Source: an uncultured Erysipelotrichaceae bacterium (GTDB lineage Bacteria; Bacillota_I; Bacilli_A; RF39; UBA660). Taken from it: 62,485 bases of DNA. The stretch spans positions 1-62,485 of the forward strand of contig CACYWH010000010.1 of NCBI GenBank assembly GCA_902778125.1, written 5' to 3'. The translations under genes and the position numbers were made by a program. This document shows, piece after piece, positions 30,432 to 39,696 of this stretch. Positions within the stretch are counted from its first letter, which is position 1. Each line of letters starts with the position of its first letter. The notes beneath the pieces were generated by a model. That model searched no databases. It was not told the origin of the DNA and saw nothing but the letters and a program-made list of their open reading frames with translations.

Positions 30432-33155
30432 ATGATTGTAAAATGCATTGATTTTTTTAAAATAATTGAAATTATTAAGAATATTTTTGTAACAATATAT
30501 AATATTTTATTAAATATTTCATGTATATTGGATGGCGATATTAGAAGAGACATATTTATAGGAGTAACTGGTTTAATGGTTGCAATTGTAATTTTTATAG
30601 CTGAATTAATATCTAACAAAAAATATGAATTGGAAAAACAATTAATCTTAAGCAAAACAAAGATAATTAGGAATATGGCATTCTGTATTTTTATATATTT
30701 TTTAATGTATGTTTTTTCAATGATAAAGTGTTCAAATTGTGATTTAGATAAAACATTTTATATAGAAAATGATATTTTGTTTGTAATAACACAATTAATT
30801 TTGAATACTTTAATCTTAATCTTTTTATATAAAACATTTAATATTTTTAAAAATTCAGTTAAATTGAATACCGATAGAGAGTATTTTAATAAAGAATTGG
30901 ACTTATATATCAACAAAGCGGTTGAAGAAATAGAAGAAAAGGCAAACAATAAAAGTTTAAAAGATATAAAAAAAATAATAAAGAAATACAATAAGTATTT
31001 AAAAAATAATAATAAACTGTCTGATAATTCAATTGAAGTTGGTTTCAGTGATGAATTATATAAACCAATATATGCTCATAAAAGAGGTTTGATCAAAAAT
31101 TTTAATTATAAAAAAATTGATTCTATTATTGATAATATTGAAAATATTTCTATTGAAGAAACAAAAAAATATCTTCCGGAAAAACAGTTTATATTTGTAT
31201 TTGCAAAGAAAATTGGAGATAAAGTTGAAAAAAATAGTATAATCGGTTATTGTTTAAGTGAATATGCTCAATACTTTAAGGACTACCCAGACTGTGTAAT
31301 ATATGATGAGCATGCTTTGTATCTTGGAGATGAAATTAAATTAATAAATGAGAATCTTTTTGAGTTGGCTAACTCTTATTTAGAACCAAGTGATTTTGAC
31401 GATAATAACAGGCTATTTAATTATTTTAATTATTTATATCAAAATAGTTTAGATGGTGTAAGAAAATATGCATTATATCAAATGGAGGAGACGGAAAGAA
31501 TTGTTTGTAAAGATAAATATAAAAATATTAGGTATGCAATTTTTTTAAATAGAATATCATCATTAGCATATAATAAAAATGAATTTGAAGAATATCAACA
31601 AATTAATAAGATTATTTTTAGATTATTTTATCATCAATTATCAAACGACAATGATATAAAAAATGTTGCCTATAATTTTGCTAACCATTATTTTAAATTT
31701 GATTATTTTTCAATAAAAAAGAATACTGATATTAGATATTATGATGAATTGATGTCAAATCTATTGAGATTTATTTGTATTTTGATTAAAGAAAAAGAAT
31801 TTGAAGCAATAAATGTTTTGCAACAAAATATATTACTAGAAAATAGTAGATATATAAGTGATGTTTTTGACGATAAAGATATTTTAAATTTACAATTTGC
31901 AATAGGAATAATTCAATGTTTAATGATATTTATAGATAATACTAATATTACTGGAACTGATAAAAAATATATAGCTAAAATTATAAATTGGACTAGTCAA
32001 TATTTTATAAATACATATGATGCGTGGCTTATAATTACTAATTTTAAAGCATACTATGATAAAAAAACGTCAATTCAAGAAGTATATAATCATTTAGAAT
32101 TTGATTTAATTGATCATGAATATTTAAGTAGTTGGAGTGGCTGGAGTATTGGAAGAACAAGTGTATTAAAAGTATTACTTTATGCATTTAACATCAAACT
32201 TGTCTTTAAGGATAGCATAAATTATGATGAGATTACAAAAGATGATAAATATTACTACAATAGTTTATTAGAGTCTTTAAAATCAACTAAAAAGTTAAAA
32301 ATTGAAAACGAATTAAATTTAAAGCTCGATAGTAGTAACATTATAGAATCTTTAGAACTTGTTATTGCTGATTCAGAGAAAAAAGAAGAAGAGTATAATA
32401 AAAATAATAAATTAAGTAAATCTAAGATGAATGATTTTAAACGAATTCTTAAAACAACCATTTTAAACAATTGTCAAGTTGACAACTATTTGAAAAAAAT
32501 AAATAAAGTGGAAGAAAGCAACGATAAAATTAAAAAAGTATGTGGAATTAATGAATTAATACCTAGGGATGTTTTCTTTGATGAAGTTTATGGATATGAA
32601 CAAATTGCCAACCAATTTGGAGATGCTTTTGCATCTGCTAAAGAAAAAGACTTCGTCAGTAAAGTTGATTCAATATCAGTTTTATCTGAAAAAAATATTG
32701 ATGATGTATTAAAAACACTTAAGAATGTTGAAGACTTTTTATTAATAACAAATTATATAAACTATAATTCTATCAAAAGTTATGATTTGAATAAAGATTG
32801 TGTAATAATAGATGATAAAAAACTTGAAGTGATGAAGATTTCAAAAATAGATTATATTTATTTAATTGAGAAAAAATACTTGCCTAAATTACAGTATTGT
32901 GATTTTGATGAAGAATATAATAAAAATAATGTTGATAATCATTTATTTTATGAATTTAATGATTGTTCAAAAAATGAAAAAATAAGGAATGAAATAATAG
33001 AAAAGTCGAGTTGGTTATCTGAAAAAGGAAACATAGAAGAACAAAATGATTATTTAAGAAAATATTGTAGATTAAGAGTATTTTTATCATACAAATTTGT
33101 AAAAATAAAAAATTCAAAAGCAATTAAATTTAAATCTGATGATGGTTATTGTTAA
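30432..33155 (+). CDS. Large membrane-anchored protein of unknown function (about 3 N-terminal TM helices plus a ~770-aa helical soluble region)
   Basis: 907-aa ORF with RBS GAAAGGAG, 40 nt after the preceding gene. TM candidates are IFIGVTGLMVAIVIFIAELI, MAFCIFIYFLMYVFSMI and ILFVITQLILNTLILIFLY. No catalytic motif recognised. Confidence 0.55.
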   Translation: MIVKCIDFFKIIEIIKNIFVTIYNILLNISCILDGDIRRDIFIGVTGLMVAIVIFIAELISNKKYELEKQLILSKTKIIRNMAFCIFIYFLMYVFSMIKCSNCDLDKTFYIENDILFVITQLILNTLILIFLYKTFNIFKNSVKLNTDREYFNKELDLYINKAVEEIEEKANNKSLKDIKKIIKKYNKYLKNNNKLSDNSIEVGFSDELYKPIYAHKRGLIKNFNYKKIDSIIDNIENISIEETKKYLPEKQFIFVFAKKIGDKVEKNSIIGYCLSEYAQYFKDYPDCVIYDEHALYLGDEIKLINENLFELANSYLEPSDFDDNNRLFNYFNYLYQNSLDGVRKYALYQMEETERIVCKDKYKNIRYAIFLNRISSLAYNKNEFEEYQQINKIIFRLFYHQLSNDNDIKNVAYNFANHYFKFDYFSIKKNTDIRYYDELMSNLLRFICILIKEKEFEAINVLQQNILLENSRYISDVFDDKDILNLQFAIGIIQCLMIFIDNTNITGTDKKYIAKIINWTSQYFINTYDAWLIITNFKAYYDKKTSIQEVYNHLEFDLIDHEYLSSWSGWSIGRTSVLKVLLYAFNIKLVFKDSINYDEITKDDKYYYNSLLESLKSTKKLKIENELNLKLDSSNIIESLELVIADSEKKEEEYNKNNKLSKSKMNDFKRILKTTILNNCQVDNYLKKINKVEESNDKIKKVCGINELIPRDVFFDEVYGYEQIANQFGDAFASAKEKDFVSKVDSISVLSEKNIDDVLKTLKNVEDFLLITNYINYNSIKSYDLNKDCVIIDDKKLEVMKISKIDYIYLIEKKYLPKLQYCDFDEEYNKNNVDNHLFYEFNDCSKNEKIRNEIIEKSSWLSEKGNIEEQNDYLRKYCRLRVFLSYKFVKIKNSKAIKFKSDDGYC

Positions 33156-33204
33156 TTTGTGTTTTAATAAAATATGTTATAATCTATATATAGGTGAATG
33201 AAGT

Positions 33205-35079
33205 ATGTTAGTATATGAAGGAATTAAATCAGAATTTATTAATGATGTTAATTTAAATATGATTGTTAATAAAATATATGAAAGATATAGAAAGTTTTTT
33301 GGTAGAACAACTGAATCTCAATTAAATTCATGGAAGAATTCTATGCAATATATGAGAGGTGTTTTAGATGATAATGAAATACCTAATAATGCTGGAGTAG
33401 CAATTGAGTTTAATATACCAACAACTTCTAAAAGGATTGATTTTATATTATCTGGTAAAGATAATAATAAAAAAGAATCAGTTATTATAATTGAACTTAA
33501 ACAATGGGAAACTTGTAAGGCAATTGAAGGTAAAGATGGAATAGTTGAAACATATACTGGAGGTGCTGTGAGAGAAGTAGCACATCCATCTTATCAAGCA
33601 ATGAGTTATGCTAATTTAATAAAAGATTTTAATGAAACTGTTCAAAATGAAGATATAGGATTATATCCATGTGCTTTTTTACATAATTATGATTTAAAAG
33701 GTGATGATCCTATATGTAGTAGTCAATATCAAGAATATATTAAAGAAGCTCCAATGTTTGGAAGTAAAGATTTTAATAAATTAAGATTATTTATTAAAAG
33801 ATATATTGTTGAAGGTGATGATAGAGAAACTTTGTATAAAATAGAAAATGGTAAGATTAGACCATCTAAGAGACTTCAAGATTCATTATCTAAAATGTTA
33901 GAAGGTAATAAAGAATTTAACATGATAGATGAACAAAAGGTAATATATGAAGATGCTATTAGAATAGCAATTGATACATTATCTAGAAATGAAAAGAATG
34001 TATTAATAGTTAGTGGTGGACCTGGAACCGGTAAATCAGTTCTTGCCATTAATTTATTAGTTGAATTAACTAAAAGAAATATGACTTGTTTCTATGTAAC
34101 TAAAAATGCTGCTCCAAGAGCAGTATTTAGAGATAAATTAAAAGGTAAGTTTACTATGACTTATATTAATAATTTATTCCAAGGTTCGGGACAATTTACT
34201 GAAGCAGAAAGTAATGAAATAAATTGTTTAATAGTAGATGAAGCACATAGATTAAATGAAAAATCTGGTTTATTTGCTAATATGGGTGAAAATCAAGTTA
34301 AAGAAATAATTAATGCTTCAAACTTTTCGGTATTCTTTATAGATGAAAATCAAAAAGTAACACTAAAAGATATAGGTTCAGTAGATATAATTAAGAAATT
34401 TGCTTTAGAATTAGGAGCGGGTATAAAAGAAGTAGAACTTGAAAGTCAATTTAGATGTAATGGTTCAGATGGATACCTAGCATGGTTAGATAATATATTA
34501 GAAATAAGAAAAACTGCTAATTATGATATAGATGATTTTGATTACGATTTTAGAGTAATAGATAATCCTAATGAACTAAGAAAATTAATAGAAGAAAAGA
34601 ATAGAGAAAATAATAAATCAAGGTTAGTAGCAGGTTACTGTTGGAATTGGATTAGTGAAGGAAAGAATAAAACAGATGTACATGATATAGTTATACCTGA
34701 ATATAATTTTGAAATGAGTTGGAATTTAGGTAATTCACAAACATGGGCAATAGATCAAAATTCAATTAATGAAATTGGATGTATTCATACATGCCAAGGA
34801 TTAGAATTTGATTATGTTGGAGTGATAATAGGTGATGATTTAAGATATGAAAATGGACAAATTGTTACTGATTACACTAAGAGAGCAAAAACAGATCAAT
34901 CATTAAAAGGAATTAATAGAATGAATCCAATTACTGCTAAAAGAGTAGCAGATACATTAATAAAAAATACATATAGAACATTAATGACTAGAGGTATGAA
35001 GGGATGTTATGTTTATTGTACTGATAAAAAGTTACAAGAATATTTGAAGGAGAGAAAAAAATATGTTATCAAGAAATGA
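33205..35079 (+). CDS. DUF2075-family nuclease-helicase (PD-(D/E)xK plus SF1 P-loop ATPase), Nhi-like architecture
   Basis: VAIEFNIPTTSKRIDFILSG..VIIIELKQW (nuclease core). Walker A GGPGTGKSV. Walker B LIVDEAHRL. FFIDENQKV, ESQFRCNG, IHTCQGLEFDYVGVIIG and TYRTLMTRGMKGCYVYC are all DUF2075 hallmarks. Confidence 0.8.
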   Translation: MLVYEGIKSEFINDVNLNMIVNKIYERYRKFFGRTTESQLNSWKNSMQYMRGVLDDNEIPNNAGVAIEFNIPTTSKRIDFILSGKDNNKKESVIIIELKQWETCKAIEGKDGIVETYTGGAVREVAHPSYQAMSYANLIKDFNETVQNEDIGLYPCAFLHNYDLKGDDPICSSQYQEYIKEAPMFGSKDFNKLRLFIKRYIVEGDDRETLYKIENGKIRPSKRLQDSLSKMLEGNKEFNMIDEQKVIYEDAIRIAIDTLSRNEKNVLIVSGGPGTGKSVLAINLLVELTKRNMTCFYVTKNAAPRAVFRDKLKGKFTMTYINNLFQGSGQFTEAESNEINCLIVDEAHRLNEKSGLFANMGENQVKEIINASNFSVFFIDENQKVTLKDIGSVDIIKKFALELGAGIKEVELESQFRCNGSDGYLAWLDNILEIRKTANYDIDDFDYDFRVIDNPNELRKLIEEKNRENNKSRLVAGYCWNWISEGKNKTDVHDIVIPEYNFEMSWNLGNSQTWAIDQNSINEIGCIHTCQGLEFDYVGVIIGDDLRYENGQIVTDYTKRAKTDQSLKGINRMNPITAKRVADTLIKNTYRTLMTRGMKGCYVYCTDKKLQEYLKERKKYVIKK

Positions 35080-36286
35080 AGCTAAACAAAAAATTGCAGA
35101 TTACATTAAAAATCATGCGCCAATAAAAACTGGGGAAAAACTTCCAATTAAAATAGGAGAAACATTTCCTGTCTATAGAATTCCATTAGAATATTTAGTA
35201 CCCAATGTATTAAATGATAGAATAGCATGGAAAATTAGAGAATTTGAAGCTGAAAACAATCGTAAATTATCTGTAGAGAATCAGGCTGATGTAGATTATG
35301 TTTATAAATTGATTGAGGAAGAGCATATATCTGAAAATGATAGAACACTTAAAGACATAGCTATGAAAGGTCAACAACAGCATGGAGTTATAACAAATGA
35401 TGGAATAATAGTTGATGGAAATAGAAGGGCAACTTTAATACGTCAATTGTTTAATGGAAAGGCTAGAGATTTTAATAAAAATGTAGAAGAATTTAGATAC
35501 TTTGAAACCATAATATTAACAGATGATGTTACACCTGAAGAAATAATGGCACTTGAAACAAGCCTGCAAATAGGTGAAGACATTAAAGTAAAGTATAATG
35601 CAATAAATATTTATATTAAAATTGATAATTTAATTAAAGCAGGTTATAATGTTACACAAATTTCACAATATATGGGAGAAGAAGAATCAGAGATTAAAAG
35701 AAAAATATCCACATTTGAATTAATGAACATATATCTTGATGCAATAGGTAAGCCTGATCATTTTACTTTACTAGATGGATTAGAAGACCAGTTTATTAAG
35801 ACAAATATTATGTTTAAAAAATTGGATAATAAGACTTATTCAGCAAATTGGAATTATACAGATTTAGATGTAAATAATTTTAAAGAAGTTGCTTTTGATT
35901 ATATAAGAAATAAATATGAAGGAAAAGAATATAGAGATGTTTTATTAGGCGGAACAAATAAAGCTGATGGTATTTTTTCCGATGAAAAGATATGGAAGGA
36001 CTTTTATGAGAAACATGAGGAAATAATAAATAATGCTACTTTAGAAAATGAGAGCGATTGGAAATTATTAACTAAACAGTTGGAGGGAAATTTGAAGCAT
36101 TCATATAGGCTTCTAACTCCAATACTTGATGATAAAAATATTTCATCAACTATTGAAACAATTCTATCTAAAGTTAATGGTTTAGAGGAACTAATAAAAG
36201 AAAAGAATGAACTAGATGAGAAAGATATAGAGAATATAAAATTGATTGAGAAAAAATTATATAGTTTGAGAAAAGAGTTTGATTAA
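35063..36286 (+). CDS. ParB N-terminal-domain (ParB/Srx fold) protein
   Basis: YRIPLEYLVPNVLNDRI .. LKDIAMKGQQQHGVITNDGIIVDGNRRATLIRQL matches the ParB-like nuclease/CTPase domain boxes (the GxxRxxA arginine patch reads DGNRRAT). The start overlaps the upstream gene by 17 nt. RBS GAAGGAGAG. Confidence 0.7.
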   Translation: MLSRNEAKQKIADYIKNHAPIKTGEKLPIKIGETFPVYRIPLEYLVPNVLNDRIAWKIREFEAENNRKLSVENQADVDYVYKLIEEEHISENDRTLKDIAMKGQQQHGVITNDGIIVDGNRRATLIRQLFNGKARDFNKNVEEFRYFETIILTDDVTPEEIMALETSLQIGEDIKVKYNAINIYIKIDNLIKAGYNVTQISQYMGEEESEIKRKISTFELMNIYLDAIGKPDHFTLLDGLEDQFIKTNIMFKKLDNKTYSANWNYTDLDVNNFKEVAFDYIRNKYEGKEYRDVLLGGTNKADGIFSDEKIWKDFYEKHEEIINNATLENESDWKLLTKQLEGNLKHSYRLLTPILDDKNISSTIETILSKVNGLEELIKEKNELDEKDIENIKLIEKKLYSLRKEFD

Positions 36287-38294
36287 TATGAATAATGATA
36301 TTTTAGTTTGCCTTTTTTCTTCTGAGTCAATAGAAATAAAGAATGCTTCTTTGCTAACAGATAGAATAAAAATGAAAATGAAATTATTTTTAAAGCAGTT
36401 ACAAGATACAGAAGTAATATTTGGTAATGACGAAATAATAATTTATTGTAATGATAATGGCATTGTTCTGGATGTTGCAGAAAGAATTTTGGATTTTTTA
36501 AAGACATTAAAAATTGATTTTGAATTAGATGAAAAGTTGGATAAATTAGTAAAAAATAATATTAAAATAAAAAAAGAATCTGAAGCAAATTTAAACTTTT
36601 TAGTAAATATTAAGAATGATGAATTAAAAAACAGTCAAATGTTTTTAGCTTTTAAAAAAGAATGTGATGAATTATTAAAGATTACTTTAAAAGATTATCA
36701 ATATAAGTCGTCATTTCTTTTAGTGAATGCAAAGTCTGGCTTTGATTTTTCAGTTCCCGGATCAGGTAAAACAATTATAACGTATTCTACCTATGCACAT
36801 TTACGCAAGAAAAATATTTTATCTAATATATTGATAATTGGACCTAAAAATGCATACAATGCATGGTATGAAGAATATATAACTTGTTTTGGAATTAAAC
36901 CTAATTTTAAAAATTTAAGTGATGAAAATGTTAAAAATTCTCAAGATTACTTAAAATCATCTTTGCAAAATCATAAAGAAATAACATTTGTTAATTTTGA
37001 AAAAATTAGGAGTTTAAGAAAAGAATTAATAAGCTTTTTATCTTTATCAAATTGTATGCTAGTTATTGATGAGGGACATAAGGTAAAGAATCCAAATGCT
37101 TCATCTACAAAAGTTGTGATGGATTTATCAAAGTATACTAATTATAAAATAATACTAACTGGTACACCAATGCCTAATGGTTATGAAGATTTATTTAGTT
37201 TAACATATATAGTAAATCCATACAAACAAATAATCCCTTTTAATTATTCTCAACTTAGAAAATTTACAATTAGGGGAATAAAAGAGCAAGATGAAAACAC
37301 TATTATGTCTTCTTTGTATCCTTATTATTCAAGGGTTTCAAAGAAATATCTTATTAACAGAGGAGAATTATTACCTGCAAACTATACAATTAATTATTCT
37401 GAAATGTCTGAGAATCAAAGATATATCTATGATTTTTTAGATGGTTTGCTAACTAATTACAAAAATAGGTGGGAGCTTGAATTTGAGAGAATATTGATGA
37501 AAGCAATTCTAATAAGAAAAATGCAAGTTTCTTCAAATCCAAAATTATTAAGGAAAAGCCTTATTGCTTCTTTTGATGAAATAAAAGCTGATTTATTATA
37601 TAGTGAAGAAACTGATGAAATTTCAAATGAAATGATAGAAGAATTTAAGAAAAAACTGGCTGTTGCAGATGAAATTATCAATAGAGATTTAAAAAATTCA
37701 ATGGTTGGTGGTATTGTTAAAAGATTTATAAATGATGAAGAATTAGTGAATAAAAACATCTTAGCTATTGAATTGACAAAAAAAATAATTGATAAAAATA
37801 AAAAGGTTATCCTTTGGGATACTTTTGTAGAAAATATGGATACATTAAAACTAATGTTGAAGCAGACATATAATATTAATGCTGGAATAATAAATGGAAC
37901 AGTTGTTGGAGAAGAAAGACAAAAAGTAATAAATGATTTTAGATATTCAGATTTAAAAGTATTAATTGCTTCACCAGCAACACTTGCAGAATCAATATCT
38001 TTACATAAATGTTGTCAATATGCTATATATGTTAATAGAAATTTTAATGCAGCACAATTTATTCAATCAAAAGATAGGATACATAGAATTAATATGCCAA
38101 ATGGATTAACAGCTAATTATATATTTCTTATAAATAGAGATTCAGTTGATGAGGGTATTTCTGAGAGACTGGAATTAAAAGAGAGTAGGATGTTAAGAGT
38201 TCTAGATGCTGAAGATATTCAAATTGGATCTTTAGAAAATCAGGATAATTCAACTATGTCTGATGAAGATGTTTTATCAACTTGTTATATGTAA
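36279..38294 (+). CDS. SNF2-family helicase/ATPase (start TTG 36279 overlapping, or ATG 36288 two nt after the upstream stop)
   Basis: Motif I VPGSGKT, motif II VIDEGHKVKN (DEGH box), LTGTPMPNGYEDLFSL, helicase-C region with QSKDRIHRI (motif VI). Confidence 0.85.
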   Translation: MINMNNDILVCLFSSESIEIKNASLLTDRIKMKMKLFLKQLQDTEVIFGNDEIIIYCNDNGIVLDVAERILDFLKTLKIDFELDEKLDKLVKNNIKIKKESEANLNFLVNIKNDELKNSQMFLAFKKECDELLKITLKDYQYKSSFLLVNAKSGFDFSVPGSGKTIITYSTYAHLRKKNILSNILIIGPKNAYNAWYEEYITCFGIKPNFKNLSDENVKNSQDYLKSSLQNHKEITFVNFEKIRSLRKELISFLSLSNCMLVIDEGHKVKNPNASSTKVVMDLSKYTNYKIILTGTPMPNGYEDLFSLTYIVNPYKQIIPFNYSQLRKFTIRGIKEQDENTIMSSLYPYYSRVSKKYLINRGELLPANYTINYSEMSENQRYIYDFLDGLLTNYKNRWELEFERILMKAILIRKMQVSSNPKLLRKSLIASFDEIKADLLYSEETDEISNEMIEEFKKKLAVADEIINRDLKNSMVGGIVKRFINDEELVNKNILAIELTKKIIDKNKKVILWDTFVENMDTLKLMLKQTYNINAGIINGTVVGEERQKVINDFRYSDLKVLIASPATLAESISLHKCCQYAIYVNRNFNAAQFIQSKDRIHRINMPNGLTANYIFLINRDSVDEGISERLELKESRMLRVLDAEDIQIGSLENQDNSTMSDEDVLSTCYM

Positions 38295-38323
38295 AAAGAA
38301 GATTAATAGTTAATCTTCTTTTT
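38293..38323. terminator. Perfect 14-bp-stem bidirectional hairpin shared by the convergent SNF2 and methyltransferase genes
   Basis: AAAAAGAAGATTAA-TAG-TTAATCTTCTTTTT. It overlaps both stop codons. Confidence 0.65.
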
Positions 38324-39554
38324 CAATTATATTTTCTAATTCTACATCAATTTTACTAATAACACCCACTACTAATGCATTGCCCATCATGAAATATCTT
38401 TTTTTATCTGTCATTCCGGTGTTTGTCCAATTATCAGGAAATTGATTGATTCTTTCACATTCTTTTGGAGTTAATAATCTTAATTTTTTAGTTTGCTTAT
38501 CTTCTATAACATGTGTTGTTCTACTAATACCACTTTCTGAAGTTAGCATAGTTCTTGCTGGTGATTCTAAATTATCAGGGAATGGCATAGATCCTTCAGT
38601 ATAAAAATATTCTTCACCATTTGGTTTAACTCTTGGAATTCTTTTGTTTCCTTTTAGATATTCAAATTTTTTGATTTTTTCATCTGTTAAAAAATATTTT
38701 TCATCAACTTTTGCATGTTCTCTAATTTTTTTTAGAGGATAAATCTCGTTACAATCAGACTCTACTTTTACTGTATATATTTTACCATTACACATTACTC
38801 CAGAATTGTAAAACTGTGTTTTAAAATTATCACTAATATCTACCAAATCTTTATATGTAGATTTTGATATATTAGCCATATTATATTCTAGTTCAATATC
38901 TTTAATTGAAAATTCTTTTGAAAAAATTCCTTTTTCAAATATAATATCTTTCATATTAATTTTTTCTAAATTTTTAAAGTAGTTTGTAGATTTATGATAT
39001 GCAAATATATAAACTCTTCTTCTTTTTTGTGGAAGCCCATATTCTCCAGCATTTATAATTCTCCATTGTACTGCATAGCCATTATCTAAGAAACTTCTTA
39101 AAATTATTCCAAAATCTCTTCCTCTTTGTTTAGCAGGAGATAATAACAATCTATCAACATTTTCTAATAAAACGAATGGAGGTTTTTTAGCTTTTAAAAC
39201 ATCTGCAATTGCCCACCATAATACGCCTTTTTTTCCTTCAATTCCTTTACTACTTGATAGTGTTTTAGCAACAGAGTAATCTTGACAAGGAAATCCCCCA
39301 ACAAGAAGTGTATGATTAGGAATATCTTTTTTGTTAACTTTAAATATATCAACATTACTTGCATCTTTATCGCCAAATCTTTTAGTATAGCATTCAAATG
39401 CTTCTTGAGTTTTAGTAGCAGGTTCCCACTGGTTAGCCCAAACAAATTTCCAATTGCCATTTTCTATAACTTTATTATTTTTTAATTCAACATGATTAAG
39501 TCCACATCTGAAACCACCAACTCCTGCGAATAATTCAACAACAGTTTTTTCCAT
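38310..39554 (-). CDS. DNA (cytosine-5)-methyltransferase, M.Sau3AI-like (tracked to TTG 39560; ATG 39554 has AGGAGG 7 nt upstream)
   Basis: Motif I ELFAGVGGF, motif IV GGFPCQDYS, motif VI LLENVDRL, motif VIII QKRRRVYIF, motif X GNALVV. WANQWEP..AFECYTKRFG and SPAKQRGRDFG resemble M.Sau3AI as I recall it. Confidence 0.9.
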   Translation of the reverse strand: MEKTVVELFAGVGGFRCGLNHVELKNNKVIENGNWKFVWANQWEPATKTQEAFECYTKRFGDKDASNVDIFKVNKKDIPNHTLLVGGFPCQDYSVAKTLSSSKGIEGKKGVLWWAIADVLKAKKPPFVLLENVDRLLLSPAKQRGRDFGIILRSFLDNGYAVQWRIINAGEYGLPQKRRRVYIFAYHKSTNYFKNLEKINMKDIIFEKGIFSKEFSIKDIELEYNMANISKSTYKDLVDISDNFKTQFYNSGVMCNGKIYTVKVESDCNEIYPLKKIREHAKVDEKYFLTDEKIKKFEYLKGNKRIPRVKPNGEEYFYTEGSMPFPDNLESPARTMLTSESGISRTTHVIEDKQTKKLRLLTPKECERINQFPDNWTNTGMTDKKRYFMMGNALVVGVISKIDVELENIIEKED

Positions 39555-39696
39555 AATCAAACCTCCTGTTTATTGTTAATCTTCCCCGTTTATATTATAA
39601 TATATTTAGAAACTGAGATCAATATATAATTTAAAATTTCTAATTATTATTTTATAATAAAAATGAAATAAAAACAAGATCGAAATGGAGTAAAGT

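Noticed and set aside
33205-39560. Assignment of the SNF2 plus C5-methyltransferase neighbourhood to DISARM, Dpd or BREX
   Set aside because: No DrmA (DUF1998 partner) or DrmB, and no DrmC PLD gene. No tRNA-guanine-transglycosylase-like DpdA or preQ0 genes. No PglZ, PglX or BrxC/BrxL. The methyltransferase is convergent to the SNF2 gene and pairs convincingly with the divergent Sau3AI-like endonuclease instead.
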